Positions 15,002-27,811 of a DNA stretch of 51,223 bases are shown here, piece after piece. This stretch comes from Cirrosporium novae-zelandiae (taxonomy: Eukaryota), in the NCBI GenBank assembly GCA_026023565.1, contig JAPETS010000002.1, positions 1,426,001-1,477,223 of the forward strand. The letters run 5' to 3'. The notes beneath the pieces are model-generated. The model did not search any database. It was not told the DNA's origin and was given only the letters and a program-made list of their open reading frames with translations. A program made the translations under genes and the position numbers. Every line of letters begins with the position of its first letter. Position 1 is the stretch's first letter.

Positions 15002-17833
15002 TTACTCATCCGCTTCTAGAATAAGTTTGAAGCTAAACGGTTCAAATGGTACCTGGTTGGGTTAGCTCATGTTCTCATAGTTAGATCAAGTTTACTTACT
15101 CCATCACCCATGAAATGTTTGCTCATTGCTTCGACCCAATGTAAACGTAGACTGTGCAACATGGCACTGGTGCCTTCCATAACACAGAGAACCGCTATCG
15201 TAAGGACAAACCAGAAGTAGAATCCGCAAACGGTCGCAATCACACCCACAACACCTGTCATGGCAAATACATTGCCCAGGACCATATTCCACAACACGAT
15301 TGAGAGCTGTTGATGAGCAAGTGAAAGTGCCCACAGCCGCAGATAAGATGCCGTGTGAGATACACAATTCAGACAAAACTCTGAAACACGGTTAGCATAG
15401 CCCACACACATTGGGAAAATCAAAAGCACGTACCAATGGTGTGAATGGTCTGGTGGATCATGATTTCCGAGAATTCGAATTCCTCATGTTCCTCATCCCC
15501 AATGTCCTGAGTGATCATAGCAATGTCCTCACCATCGCTTCCCATACTATCCCGTCCTCCATTCATCGGTCGTCCATCAGTTTCATCATCTTCATCCAAA
15601 GCGCTAACCCTTTGTGTTTCTCCAATACCACGATATCCCTTGGCACGAGCCTTGTTGTGTTCATAGCGAAGGTAGAAGGGCTTCAAGAAGAGAAGGATAG
15701 GCACACAGCAAACCGCCAACAGCAAGAGAATAACTTGAACGCCGCCTTGTCCTGGATAGAGTTGCTCGTCGACCGTTCCAGGAGACAGGAACATATTGAT
15801 CAACATGTTGAGGAGACCAGGTGGATTGGCACCCTTGGCTTCCCAATCAACCGACCACTTGTATATAATTGTGACCACCAAGTATCCAAAGATCGATTGG
15901 AAGAAGATCATGCCAGGAACAAAATTTCCCCAGATGTCGATTGGCGTCTTGAAGTGGCGAGCGTTTACGAGCGAGTAGAACAGAGAGTATGTCATATGTG
16001 TCCAACCGAGAATGATACTGAGCTTCATCTTATAACTGTTGGTGAAGAGGAGGGCATTTTCTGTTTCATCCCAAGCCCAATCCAGACCAAATGGATATCT
16101 ATAACCCCCTTTAAGATGACCCGTAACAGTCTCACCCTCTTTGAAATCCGACGGCCATTCCCACGCACTTGGGAAGAATGTCAAGGGCTTCGAGAAAGCG
16201 TCGTTGTAAATCAGACCAGTGTATATAGAGAATAAACCGAACATGAGCATGATATAACGACCGTAAAAGGCCATGGAGAACAGCTCATCGAGTTTTGACT
16301 TGGATAACTTTTTCTCAAAAAATATCATAGCACAAGCTGCAGAGGTCATCAACACACCATGTCCGGCATCACCGAACATGACGGCAAAGAGAAAAGGAAA
16401 CGTGATGATGGTAGGAAGACCGGGATTGATTTCTTGGTATTTTGCTGTTCCGTACGCATCGATGATGGACTGAAAACCTTCGGTGAACTTGTTTGTTTTC
16501 ATGTAGGTTGGAGGAGTCCTTGACGTTTTGATCTGATTGACAATGGTAGGAACGGAGAGGCCAGCGCGATCATTGACATCCTGAAGAGTGGACTTGATGA
16601 GCGGAAGAGAGTTTGTAGGGCACCAGGCCTCAGCAATCAACGTCTTCCGTGCTTGGTCGTACGAACACTTGTTCAACGTCTCATACACTGCCTTTTCTTT
16701 CGTGATGATTATCATCCAAGCGGCCAAACTTCGCGCAATCTGAGTCAATTCAGCATCAAGAGTCTGCTTCGTATTCCGCAAAACGCTAGCAAGATCGGAA
16801 AGACGAGTATTGACTTCGTGGATCTGGTCCCGTCGAATATCACTGTTATCATCCACGCTGTAGAGGTCTGCTCCCAAAGATTCTGAAATCTTGCGAATCT
16901 TTGCAATAATCTCCTTGCCATGAGCAAAGATGACAAACACATTCTTGTGGATTTCCTCGTTGGTCGTAGGATCAATCAGGGGTTCCTCGATTTCTGATTG
17001 ATTCATGTAAAGATTTCCACGGAGAGTTCGCCATAGAATTCGTTCAAAGGCAGCGATCCGATCCCTACTAATTACACCCGCAACAAAACCAATGTTCATT
17101 ATAGCAAAGGATCGTTGGGTAGGGCCATCCTCGTCATTAATTCGGCTTTGTTGACGCTCCATATCAGCCAAGAGGGGGGCCTCATCACTGCTGTCAATCG
17201 ACTGACGGATTTCTTCGGTGTGACCATGCGCCTATCGTTGTTAGCTGTTAGCTAGGACCAATCCATATTTTTACATGTACACATACGCGATCAAAGAATC
17301 CGCCGGCTTCTCGGAGAACATGACGCCATTCGGTAAGCTCGACCTCCCTTTTCTTCAGAGTTTCATAACTTTCATTCAACGAAGCAATTCGCTGTTCCAA
17401 ACTTTGGCTTTTATCTGCAAGTTCATCGATCTCAGAAGCAGAAGGCGCAGCGAGGATGTTACCGAAATCATAACGCGATCGGATAGGGATGCCAGCTTTT
17501 TCAATCTGAGCTTGAAAATAACCTTGGCTTGGTTAGAAAAGTTTTTTAATTCATATCGAAGCCAACATACGAAGCTGTCTTTCAATGTTATCCAACCTTC
17601 GGATCTCGTTTGTAAAGGTTCGTTGAAACGCAGTAACCTCGGAATTAAGCTAAGAACTTGTAAATAACCGTTGTACAATACTGCGAGATTTAAATACTTA
17701 CGTCTCGAAATTGTACCTCACCCAGTTCACCAAGTGCACTGACAACCTCACGACCAATTTCATTCGCAATGTAGAGTTGGGTCAAGCTCATATCCGCCGA
17801 GCGGACCAGGGTATCTGTAGGGGATGCCATCAT
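15002..17833 (-). CDS. VPH1: V-type ATPase V0 subunit a (Vph1/Stv1)
   Basis: N-terminus [84 protein letters not shown], terminal [15 protein letters not shown]; several GT..AG introns. Confidence 0.96.
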
Positions 17834-18298
17834 GATGAGGAGGTGAGCAGCAGCTTTGTCAGGCCAGACGGAAAGGCCGCGGCTGCTTCTAATACAAAGA
17901 GCGGCGTAGTTGAGTAGATTAAAAAGAATATATCAAATATCCGAATACAAAAAGGAAAAGAGCTGTTGCCTCGAGTTTTCGGCGATGATGAAAGTGCTAC
18001 CTTAGTATGGAGCAAAGAAGAAGAAGTTGGTTGGTTTGATTTGCGGTTGGGCTGTAGGCCTGTAGCAGTTGATTTGCCGGACTTGAACTCAAGAGAGCTA
18101 GCTGCACGTGATGCCAAGGTCACGCCAAGCCCCCAGCCATACTGTAATTCCAAATCGTCGGAACTTGCTTTCTCCGAGACAGCTGCTGCTGCTTTGACCA
18201 ATCCATACCATAATTTAACCAATTTACCTGGTTATCATTTGTTATATAATAATATGGTATTCTTCATCATGTTGCGACCATGATGTCCATCGCAAATC

Positions 18299-19876
18299 AT
18301 GTGGTTGCCGTTAGCTTTACGGCCTCCCTTTCGATGGAGATGGAAATGGCCTTGGCAGTGGCATCCCCGCCGGCCATCCTTCTTTCGCATCTTTTATTCG
18401 ACTTCATTCACTGTGCTCTTCATCATCACCTTTCTCCTTTTGCTACTGACGCCCGCTGATGCTATCTACCAAGCCTACAAGCACAAGAATCTTGCCAATA
18501 TTTTTGTTGTTGCTGGAGTCTACATTACTACCTTTCTGATTGCTCTACTCATCTACGCAAGTCGACTTTTCACCAACCGACAAGTACTCGCCGGCATTCC
18601 GAAATCTTATATACCAATTGAGGAGGAAGATATTGGAAATGCCGTGCGCAAATTAATCACAAACGGACTGGAGAAGAGCGCATTGGTAGCATACCAAGTA
18701 CGACCTCGCGACCTTCGAGGAGAGCCAGGATGGAACAATCCAATCAGTCCCATTGAAGAATCGAGGAGTCCAACCGATACCACCCAGAATCGGTCCCAAA
18801 GATCCTCTGCTGAAAGGCAAGATGAAGAAGCCCCAAAGGTCCCTTCCTGGGGCATCATCTCACACCCGGGCTGGTCATCGCCTTCGTCTTCCGATATTCC
18901 TAACCTTCATTTTGAAGATGTCATTAGGGAACTTCCCAACCTCATTGAGGCAAAATCTGTTTCGCTCGCACCACAACTACCTCAACATCATAGCATGGAA
19001 GCATCCTCCTCCAGTGTCCGTCGACAGTCCCGTCCTCTTGCGATTCCCGACCCAGAAATCGTGGAGATGCTACGGCGCCCTCCAAACATGGGACTTCGTG
19101 AATACCTCGCCTATCTGACCAGCCTTGAACTCATCAACCCTCCCACCCTCGGTGAGGAATTTTTGTTCATATATGAAAAAGCGCGTTTCTCTACTCGAGA
19201 ACTTGATGAAAAGCAATTTCGCACTCTGATGGGAATTTTTGCAGAGATCCTCCGTGGTATGAAGCGACTCCCCCTTGCTCTTGGTGGGCAAGAAGAGTTT
19301 TCGTCCGATGAGGATGATACTACTACAATCTCACGTCCTAATTCTTCGACCTCTCTCGATTTATACAATAACGATGAATATACCCGCCGTCGTCCTCGTG
19401 GTAAAAAATCAACCATCACAATTACCCGACCTCGTCGTGATTCCTCTTCCTCTTCAGACACTGCATCCATGCGCACCGCCCCTCTTTTCCATCAACCCAG
19501 CAACGCTTCATTCTTCCACCGACCGCGCCCTCCCCCACGCCACCAATCATCTTCTTCCCTACGTATTACGACAACCATGTCCGGAGGCCGTTCCCAACCA
19601 TTGCTACACACCCCATCATCGATGCTATCTATCGGTCGCAACCAGCTTCGGGACCAGCTTCGCGTATCGAGCCAGGCAAGACCATTACTAGGGAGTAGAA
19701 CATCAAGTGTAAATTCACTGGGAAGAGTCAGAACAGGGCAGAGCAGCCAGAGTGGTGTTGGAAGTATTATTCGGTTGGCCGAATCTGCAGGGCCACTGGA
19801 TCTGCCATATACATATCGGATTCGGCCGGAAAGAAGTGAACCTATACTACGAAGTTCGCATGAAGTGCAAAGATGA
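18299..19876 (+). CDS. DLT1: Defect at low temperature protein 1-like membrane protein
   Basis: Two N-terminal TM helices (FFRIFYSTSFTVL...LLTPADAIYQ; IYASRLFTNRQVLAGIPKSYIPIE), WGIISHPGWSSP and MGLREYLAYL motifs, Ser/Arg-rich tail. Matches my recollection of Pezizomycotina Dlt1. Confidence 0.75.
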   Translation: MWLPLALRPPFRWRWKWPWQWHPRRPSFFRIFYSTSFTVLFIITFLLLLLTPADAIYQAYKHKNLANIFVVAGVYITTFLIALLIYASRLFTNRQVLAGIPKSYIPIEEEDIGNAVRKLITNGLEKSALVAYQVRPRDLRGEPGWNNPISPIEESRSPTDTTQNRSQRSSAERQDEEAPKVPSWGIISHPGWSSPSSSDIPNLHFEDVIRELPNLIEAKSVSLAPQLPQHHSMEASSSSVRRQSRPLAIPDPEIVEMLRRPPNMGLREYLAYLTSLELINPPTLGEEFLFIYEKARFSTRELDEKQFRTLMGIFAEILRGMKRLPLALGGQEEFSSDEDDTTTISRPNSSTSLDLYNNDEYTRRRPRGKKSTITITRPRRDSSSSSDTASMRTAPLFHQPSNASFFHRPRPPPRHQSSSSLRITTTMSGGRSQPLLHTPSSMLSIGRNQLRDQLRVSSQARPLLGSRTSSVNSLGRVRTGQSSQSGVGSIIRLAESAGPLDLPYTYRIRPERSEPILRSSHEVQR

Positions 19877-20251
19877 TATAGTTTGGATTCTGATTGGTAA
19901 TTGTACTTTAGCGAGGCGTTTTGAACAATCTGGACGGGAGGGATGGAAGTGTAATGGAATAACGATACCCGCTCTTCATGACGGTAAGAAGCTGGTATTC
20001 CCATGATATGAAAAATAGTGATAATACAATAAGTGATCTACCTAGGTATTCAAATCTTGGATTGAATCATGTGATTCCGAGCCTCTTCACAATGATAGTA
20101 TCAATCGGACCTCTCAGCTTTCAGTTTTCAATATGACCGTTGCATCCCGTTGCATCCTGTTGGGATCCTGTTGACATCCCCCCAGTGAAGGAGAACCACC
20201 AACTCTAAACCTTTTTCCTACATGATTTTACCTCTGCAATACATTTTCCCG

Positions 20252-21392
20252 TTACCAACTTATCACGCCCTTTCCTCGATCAAATCCACCTCTTAGCTGT
20301 CTCTCCGGCTTAATTACCTTTCCTTTTAGCACTGTGTATTTGATAAGGCCCTCGCAATCCTCTGGCCTTATTCTCCCTAGCCATATCCCTTGTGTCGCCT
20401 CTTCCTCGCCTTCTCCTCCAATTACCTTTTCGTTACTGTCAATTTTCCATTCCTCTCCTCTTCGATAGATTATGACATTTGCGGCAAACTTGTGGCCACC
20501 GACGTGGGAGATGAAATAGACTGCCACGCCACCAGGACGCTCATCGTAAGCGTCGCGATACAGGCCGTAGTGTCTTAAATGTCGTTCGAATTCCTTTTTT
20601 AGCAGTGGGGCAGATTGTCCACACCTTGCATCTCGTGTGCGGTGAGAGCATAACAGGATCACAGCCCGATGGGGACATTTCCGTGGTACCAATGGGGGAG
20701 AGAGTGTCTGAAATGTGGGATGCGGGGCCGAGACTGGGGTGGTTGTAGTAGGTTGTGATGAAATGAACCGTAGCATATCTGGCACGGTGGAGGGAGTGAC
20801 ATGATTTATAAAAGTCATGGAGGGGAGAAGAAGAACTGAAGTCGACTTTTCTTCTGTTATAGGAGCGGAGTCGTAGTGAGAGTCAGGAAGCGGCATGTTT
20901 GACGCACTTAACAACATTTTCTACATTAGTCTGTGGTTAGACAAAGACCCTTTTTTCTTCTTGAATCATAGAGATGCCCTGGTCACAAACCCCATTTTCC
21001 AACTTGCCCTCCTCTCCAAATTCTCCCGAGTTTAGTCCTGTTTGGATTGTCCCCAAGACTCCTTTGCCGTCTTCCTCTTCTGCGACATCTCTGACCCAAT
21101 CTGTCTTGCCCGTCGCGACCAGCAGCTGGGTCGCCCAGCCATTGACCCTACCATATAGCTGTTCCTCTTCATCTATACTCCAACTCTTGGGCAAATGAAT
21201 GGTACAGGTCTGACAGCTTTGGAGGCAATCGGGGCCATCAATTGAAGGATCTACTGGAGGAAAGAGGGATCGTTCATTGGGAGCTTTGCTGAATGTTTTT
21301 GCGGAAGAAGAGCTAAAAATATTTGGAGGAGAAGCGGGGCGTGAGGATGTGGGGGTGAAGGTGGACTTGATGGTCCGAAGGAGGGAAGACAT
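20252..21392 (-). CDS. APD1: Sucrase/ferredoxin-like (Apd1/Aim32 family) thioredoxin-like 2Fe-2S protein
   Basis: C-x8-C and H-x3-H ligand pattern (LLCSHRTRDARCG; ISHVGGHKFAANV), N-terminal DCLQSCQTC and VATGKTDW; intron 20921-20990. Confidence 0.85.
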
Positions 21393-22400
21393 CTTTTCCC
21401 ACTTGAGAGGAGATCTATTGATAAATATATGAAAATGCAGTGAGAATATAGCTAGATACCTAGATATATTATAAAGAAAGAATGAATCCAGTGTACGTAG
21501 TATTGTTAAATTTAATCAATTGTAAATATGGCATTGTGATTCGGGAAGATGGTCTCAATATATTTTGATCGGATCTGATAAATCCTGATTAAATCTCAGT
21601 CAGCGATAGGAACGGCAAATATCTCGGAGAAAAGCGGTTTCGGAAAGCTTTCCGCGCCAATCCTTGATTTTCCGAGTTACCGACCCGCATGTTTAACTTT
21701 TTCAACTTGCATCACACTGTCATTTCAGGTTGCATGACCATTACAGATTATAAAGACGACAACAAGTTTTCCCAAGCACCCCTTGACCTTTTCATGTTCT
21801 TTCCAAACTTAACCTGATAACCCACACGGACAACTCGGATTCCGAACCTCCTTTGATTCATCATGCATGAATATCCAAAGCTATTTTGATATAGCCGTCC
21901 CAGATAATGTTGAAAATATAACTGAGAAGACAAGAACGAGACAAAGAAGGGATATGAATAGGCGATGCAATTGAAGGGGGTGGTAGTATCTAAGGTAAAG
22001 GATGGGATGTGGCATCGGGGAGAAAGTTGGCAGCCTGGAAGGAGAGGGTGGATTCTGGTGCAGTACATTCATAGGTGTATAAGTTATGAAATTAGATGAA
22101 TTGCTTTCGATGAGTAGAAGTGAAAGTGACCTCGAGACCTTTAATCAGAATTCATTTGAATGATGATCCGATTTTACGTGAAGGCCTCCCCAATGCCCGA
22201 GGGGTGAAAATAAGCTTTTATCTATAACTGGTTTAAATTATACCTCTTTGTTCTGCCAATGCAATTCTTCGCTGATACCTACTTTTTAACTTTGCATCAT
22301 TTCAAGCTGTATTATTCTAACCATTTCCTTCATTCTCAAAACAGAGAGTTTAAGCCTTGAAGTAGGATTCTACTATTACTTTCCATCTCTTTCCTATTTC

Positions 22401-23111
22401 TCAACGGATGTTGGATAGACAGACTTTATGATATCTCACAGACAAGACATGATGGATGATTATTGCAGCATAAGAGATTATATCCTTCAGAAGGTCTTTT
22501 TCTTCCTCCTTCATATTATTAATTTCTAATTCTACTCTTTCATCAGTTGTAGAATACCCACGATCGATTGGATCAAGCCAAAGATTGTTGTCAACATCAA
22601 TGCTGCGAACGCAATCCAGAGCGTGGACCGGAGGACTCCTGATCTCTTGTCGTAGTACCACTGCCTAATGCTTCTGGGTTCAGCATTCTATTATGTAATC
22701 TTCAAGCGAAACATGCTCGCGCCAGGAGCTTGGTTCTATCATTAACCATAGTTGTACCGCAAACTCGATTGCAATAAGTGAAGAAGCGTTTATCAGATGC
22801 AACGGTATCTCTCGACATTCCTCTAACTCCCGGCGTATTACTTCAAGTGTTTTGTCTATTCAGTCTCTAACAAAACCCACAAGGGCCACAATGTCTTTGT
22901 GTATGAGTTTATGACCATCCTCCTCGGGAACTGGAGCTAGGGAATCAATGAGTGAACCATAATGCTGGAGGAATGTGTCAGATTGTTCGAAGGTAGGTTT
23001 GTGCGGGTATCCCCAAATACTTTCGACTAACGTAGCATGGAGCTGTTCTCGTGATGTGTTGAAATCATATATGCCGAATTGAAGGGAATCTTGACTATTG
23101 ACGACATTCAT
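22401..23111 (-). pseudogene. Disrupted gene of an uncharacterised fungal family
   Basis: One frame continues through in-frame stops at 22860-22862 (TGA), 22680-22682 (TGA) and 22665-22667 (TAG): ...HKDIVALVGFVRD*IDKTLEVIRRELEE...IAIEFAVQLWLMIEPSSWREHVSLEDYIIEC*. The 'AV.LWLM...W....SL' pattern resembles a widespread fungal hypothetical family. Confidence 0.55.
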
Positions 23112-23287
23112 TTTGGTTCGGAAGAGTGTCGATTGTGGTAAATGGTAAACGACTAAAATGTTGTCAGAGCCTTGCTGCAGTGTTGGTCGAGACCCAATTT
23201 CTTGTATGTTCTGCTAAGTTCCCCGTGATTAATTTTTGTATCTAATTTGAACAAGCATTAGGATTCTTGTGCAACGTAACAGAGACT

Positions 23288-25637
23288 ATGCTACTTCAGC
23301 TCCCAAAACCAATGTCTTGTCTTCATCATTCCACTGCTACAATAACGGCAACAATGATCCTATTTGACCAGACTCATTATTCTATTCTCCCGCCGTTGAT
23401 ACCTTCGAGGACTGTCTGGGGCAATTTTTCGGATGCCCAGAAGCGTTCTTCTGTTGACAGTAGAAGGCCTCCTAGAGATTTTGGTACTCAGCGGGGCTGG
23501 GGCATAAGCGGCGACCTTAAAGCACGGTGGGAGCAACGGCCGGGCGGAATCAATTGTCGGATTCAGCAATACTTGAATGATGATGGCTCCGAAATATTCT
23601 CTCATCAAAAAACTAGAAGTCCCGTGATACTTCATCTCTATATGGTTGGCGACGATTTAACAACAGCATATCCAACCCTAGTGGTTTGCAATGCAAAGCT
23701 TCGCCTGGCACAGAAAATTATAAATGTGATCAAAAAGGTTCCATGTCTTTTACACTTTGGACTTCGTCTTTTGGCTTGCAAAACGCCGGTATTCCAGCCA
23801 GGTCCAGGCATGAGTTCTACAATGGACCAGACTGAATATGATGGAGCCGGCGGAATTCCCATCATTATACCTGCGTGCCCATTCATACCCATCTCCACAC
23901 CACGCAGGGCTACGATCGGTGGTCTAATCTTGATAAACAATTCCTTTTACGGGCTGACTGTGGCACATCCCTTCCTTGGGCTTGATGAAGAAGCTAAAAA
24001 AATTACTTCCATACCTGCTGTCCCAGACTCGAAAGATAACCGGGGATCGTGGGATGAAATCGCCCCCGAAGAGGGAAGCGATACTACCGGGTTAGAAGTG
24101 GACTCTTTGGATGTCTTCGATGATATTATTACTGGGACAGATGTCATCCTAAATGCTCGCGCTCTTCCTCACATTATGAGCATCGAGAGTGCATCTGAAA
24201 TGTGTCAGAGTGTACTTACAGCGTGTACTCAAAAGATCGGCTATCTTCCTGACAATGACCTTAGTTCTGCTTCATCGATGATCTCCAGCAGAAACCTTAC
24301 CTCTCCCTGGGTGTGTCGATCACTAGACTGGGCTTTGGTCAGAGTTACTCATCCCGATTTTCTGTCTCCCCCCGGAAACCACCTGGAGAATAATGAGACA
24401 GTATTACCAGTTGATACTGCCCAAGAAATGCCTACCGGGAATAGAGAAGTGCTCATTAACCGGGCCGGTGATGGTCCTGTCAAAGCCACATTTTCGGGAA
24501 GCGTATGTAGCATTTGGTTACCTGGTTCTTCGAGCCTAGAAGAGGCCTGGTCTCTGAACTTTACATGTCGTATGTTCATGCAAGCACTTAGAATTTACTT
24601 GCTAAACTAATTTTACACTACCAGGCCCAGGAGACTGCGGGACCTGGATTGTCGACCCAGTTGATAGGACACTCTGTGGAATGGTAGTGGCTGCGAACCC
24701 TACTATGAACTTGACCTATGTTCTACCCGCTAAACGAATATTTGAATCTATCAAAGAACGATTTAGTGATGACGAAATTCAATTTCCCACCGAGCATCCC
24801 CGGTTTACCAACCCCATTAAGATCCACAGTGCCTTGGCCTCCACTATTATTGAGCCCTGGATCTGGTGTGAGGAACGCCAGAAGTATTATTACTTTGAAG
24901 GCAAAAATGGTAGGATGTCTAAAATTTCGTATGCTTAAGCAGGTGATAACAAGAATATAGGAAGGTACTTGAAGTACTATGAAGACGGCAGTATTGTTGA
25001 ATCCACCCCTCTGGATACTGTTAAAGCAGCAAATTACGAGGCTACTTCGAATGAGCCTAGAAAAAAGAGGCGAGATCCAAAACAACCAATCTTTTCTCCA
25101 GTCAAGAGCTCTCTCAAGGGCAAGCAACCTCGGCTTCTAGACCAAACAGCCAAATTGGAACACAATGTGCCACTTCGCCCGGCAGCCGAGGAAACTAGTT
25201 TACTACAGAAAGGGATGCCATTTAGTCTGGAACAAGAACCACTGATTCAAGGTACAAAAGGGGATAAAGAAAAGCTCGATCCTAGTAAGAAATGAGTATT
25301 CGAATATCTAAAAAATAAGATTAACTTCGATAGGCCTATCAGTATATACGGGGGTTAAGGGACACTAAAACCAGGTCTTAACCCAGGACTCCATGCAATC
25401 ATTCATATGGAAGATCAACCAGCACACCGCCGTCTGGAAGAAACCCAGATGGCTAAAGATCCAATTCAAGTGAGCCCAGCCAATCCCGTCCAGAAACTCG
25501 ATAGGATGTCTAGGCTCAATTTTGGTAAAGTTTATACAATTGAGCACAATGCGAAAGTGATGCATGTCGGAAAGGTTAATGACACGTCCATACTGAAATT
25601 AGTTGGATATTGGAACTATACCATGGCATGTACATAG
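23288..25637 (+). pseudogene. Trypsin-fold (PA clan) protease-like domain + WW-like motif + DUF6590-like C-terminus; nonsense codon in last exon
   Basis: ATIGGLILINNSFYGLTVAH (His), SLDWALV (Asp), and after intron 24570-24624 RPGDCGTWIVD (nucleophile position is Cys). Then PWIWCEERQKYYY and C-terminal PISIYGG*GTLKPG...HAII...KLDRMSRLNFGKVYTIEHNAKVMHVGKV. In-frame TAA at 25356-25358. Start codon uncertain. Confidence 0.7.
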
Positions 25638-26879
25638 CTGACGACTTACTACTATTCAAGATAATTGCCTGCTTTTATTTCCTGGTGTTGCAAAGTATGG
25701 GATTTGCTTTAATAAATTTCGATAACTCGGAAACCTATGCCCTCGGTCAAAGGGGCTTCTTTGCAGTTTTGGAAATAAGATTACTTCACTAGCCCCCCCC
25801 CTTCCTCCTAATATTATTACACAAACCCCAAGCATTTCCCATATAAAAAATTTCCCATGCCTGCCTGTAACATGTTGCCCCATTAGTTAGGACAGCCCGA
25901 AGCCCGATATTAGAATCTCCTCCCTAAATTTTCTAGCATTCAAAAAAAATCCGGTTGAAGTTGTTTTTTTGTATTTGTATTTGGTTTGGTTTTTTGCATA
26001 TAACTGTTTGCTTGCTCGCTCTATGAATATTCTTCTTCTTCTTTAAGGGTTTTTTTTGGTGTGGTGTGGGGTAAGTTTGATGGGAATGATGTTGGATTTG
26101 AGTGGAGATGGGGAGAGGGAGGAAGTAAGGAGGGTGTGCAAGTGAAGGGTTGGGTTGGGGGAATTGAATTTGGTGCTAAGGGGGGGGGGACACAGTGAGG
26201 TTTGTGATGGTTTGATTAATTAATAGCTTCTTCTAGATAGGAGAATTAGGGGCATTTGGAATTATATCTGGTCTGGTCTGGTCGGCTGCGGGATTGGAAC
26301 TTTGGTATTTTGGCTATGAAAATCTGGGGTTGTTTCATGTTAGGTGTTGGAGAGAGAGGACCTAGAGGAGTAAATCTTTCTAGGGATGATCATGATCATG
26401 ATTCATTTTAGTGTCTGTGTCGCTTATAAGCTATGGACATTGTCCTTCTAGGGATAGGGAGAAAGTGAACTTGACTACTATAGTGGGCCTGAGTTATTTG
26501 TCTTGGATAAATATCATTATCTGAACGAAGTTGGCTGAGCTAGGGAATAACTACTACAGTATTGTATAGATTAAATGTGGTTAATGGACTCATAAGAGTG
26601 ATAGAAACATGAAGCAAGGAACTGATATTTTGAAAGCTATAGTAGGTATCCCCTAGAGGGTGTGAGTGAATCGCTATGGGCTGGTGATTATTTGAAACAT
26701 ATACTAGGTGTTAAACTTGTGGCTAGTTTGTGAAGTTGATCTGGGGCGTGTGTCCGAAACCGTTGGTTAGGAATGGGTTGGCAAGTTGGGAAAGGTTCTG
26801 TAGACGATTATGATGATAGATGATGATGATGACGACGACGTAAGACTGTTATAGATAATCAAGGCAGGCTATGGCTCCT

Positions 26880-27811
26880 TGCAGGGGAGCTGACGCAAGT
26901 TTGATATAGGAAGAAGAAAGTTCTGCATGGCAAACTAATGTAAACGGGGTTGAGGGAAGTCAGGTATTGTCTTCGAGTTTGTGATCCAGGAACAGATTGT
27001 TGCACATTGTTGGAATCCTTTTGGAAGGATTTAGTGTTACGGGGTGGAAGGATGTTGTGATACTGTTGACAACCTGTCTTTGATTTAGCTATAGGTATTA
27101 GCCTACGAATAGTAGTGATCTTATCGCTCTCGAGTGCATTTAGCCAAGTTCCAGTACCAAGTACCAATTATTTTATGCCCGAGAGGCCTTTCGACAAAAT
27201 GAGCGGTCATTGGTTATTGCTCTCTTGTTTTGTGACATTGGTCTAGAACACCACCGACCTAGTTATGTGATCTCACTTCCTTCCGATGTCTTGTATAATC
27301 TTCCACATAGCTTTTGTATGATGTTATTAGCAGTAGAGGATAAGGGCTGGTCTAGCTGGCAACCTGAGGATGCGGGTAATGACATGGCTGAAAACCAATA
27401 GCAAGGGAAGGTAAGACATATAACTGGATACAAGTCTACCTTGATATCTTGATATCTTGTGATTTTCGTGGTTGAGATGCTGTATAGTGGTCGAGGTTGA
27501 AGAAGCAAAGTAAGACGTGGAAGGATTGTAAGACATGGGAGGATTATAAGACATGGGAGGATTAGCTGAATGCACATAGTATAACCTGGATGTTTTTTGC
27601 CAACACCAGTTGCTGTTCCACAAGTGACATCACAAAATGTGCAAGGGAAATGAAGAGGAAGCATTGGCAATAGCTGTTGGATAGATGGCTGTAAAGGATT
27701 GTGGAGAAACGTAGAGAAAATGAAGAGATGTGAAGAGATGTGTATAAATAAATGCCCTCCTACCACTTCTTTTATTGAAATGATATCTATTTGAAAGTCA
27801 AAGCAGATCAC
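26880..27811 (-). mobile_element. Possible degraded 5' relic of a MoTeR/CRE-like telomeric non-LTR retrotransposon
   Basis: Translation HLFIHISSH...SIQQLLPMLPLHFPCTFCDVTCGTATGVGKKH resembles my recollection of the N-terminal Zn-finger region of MoTeR-like ORFs (H..H...QL.P...PC..C...C....GV..H). It is followed by a low-complexity linker and a frameshifted IRRLIPIAK...LPPRNTKSFQ...NLFLDH segment. No RT domain seen. Confidence 0.3.
27510..27563. repeat. 18-bp tandem repeat x3 (RTAAGACRTGGRAGGATT)
   Basis: Units at 27510-27527, 27528-27545, 27546-27563. Confidence 0.9.

Noticed and set aside
15411..16235. 274-aa plus-strand ORF
   Set aside because: Antisense overlap of VPH1; no independent support.
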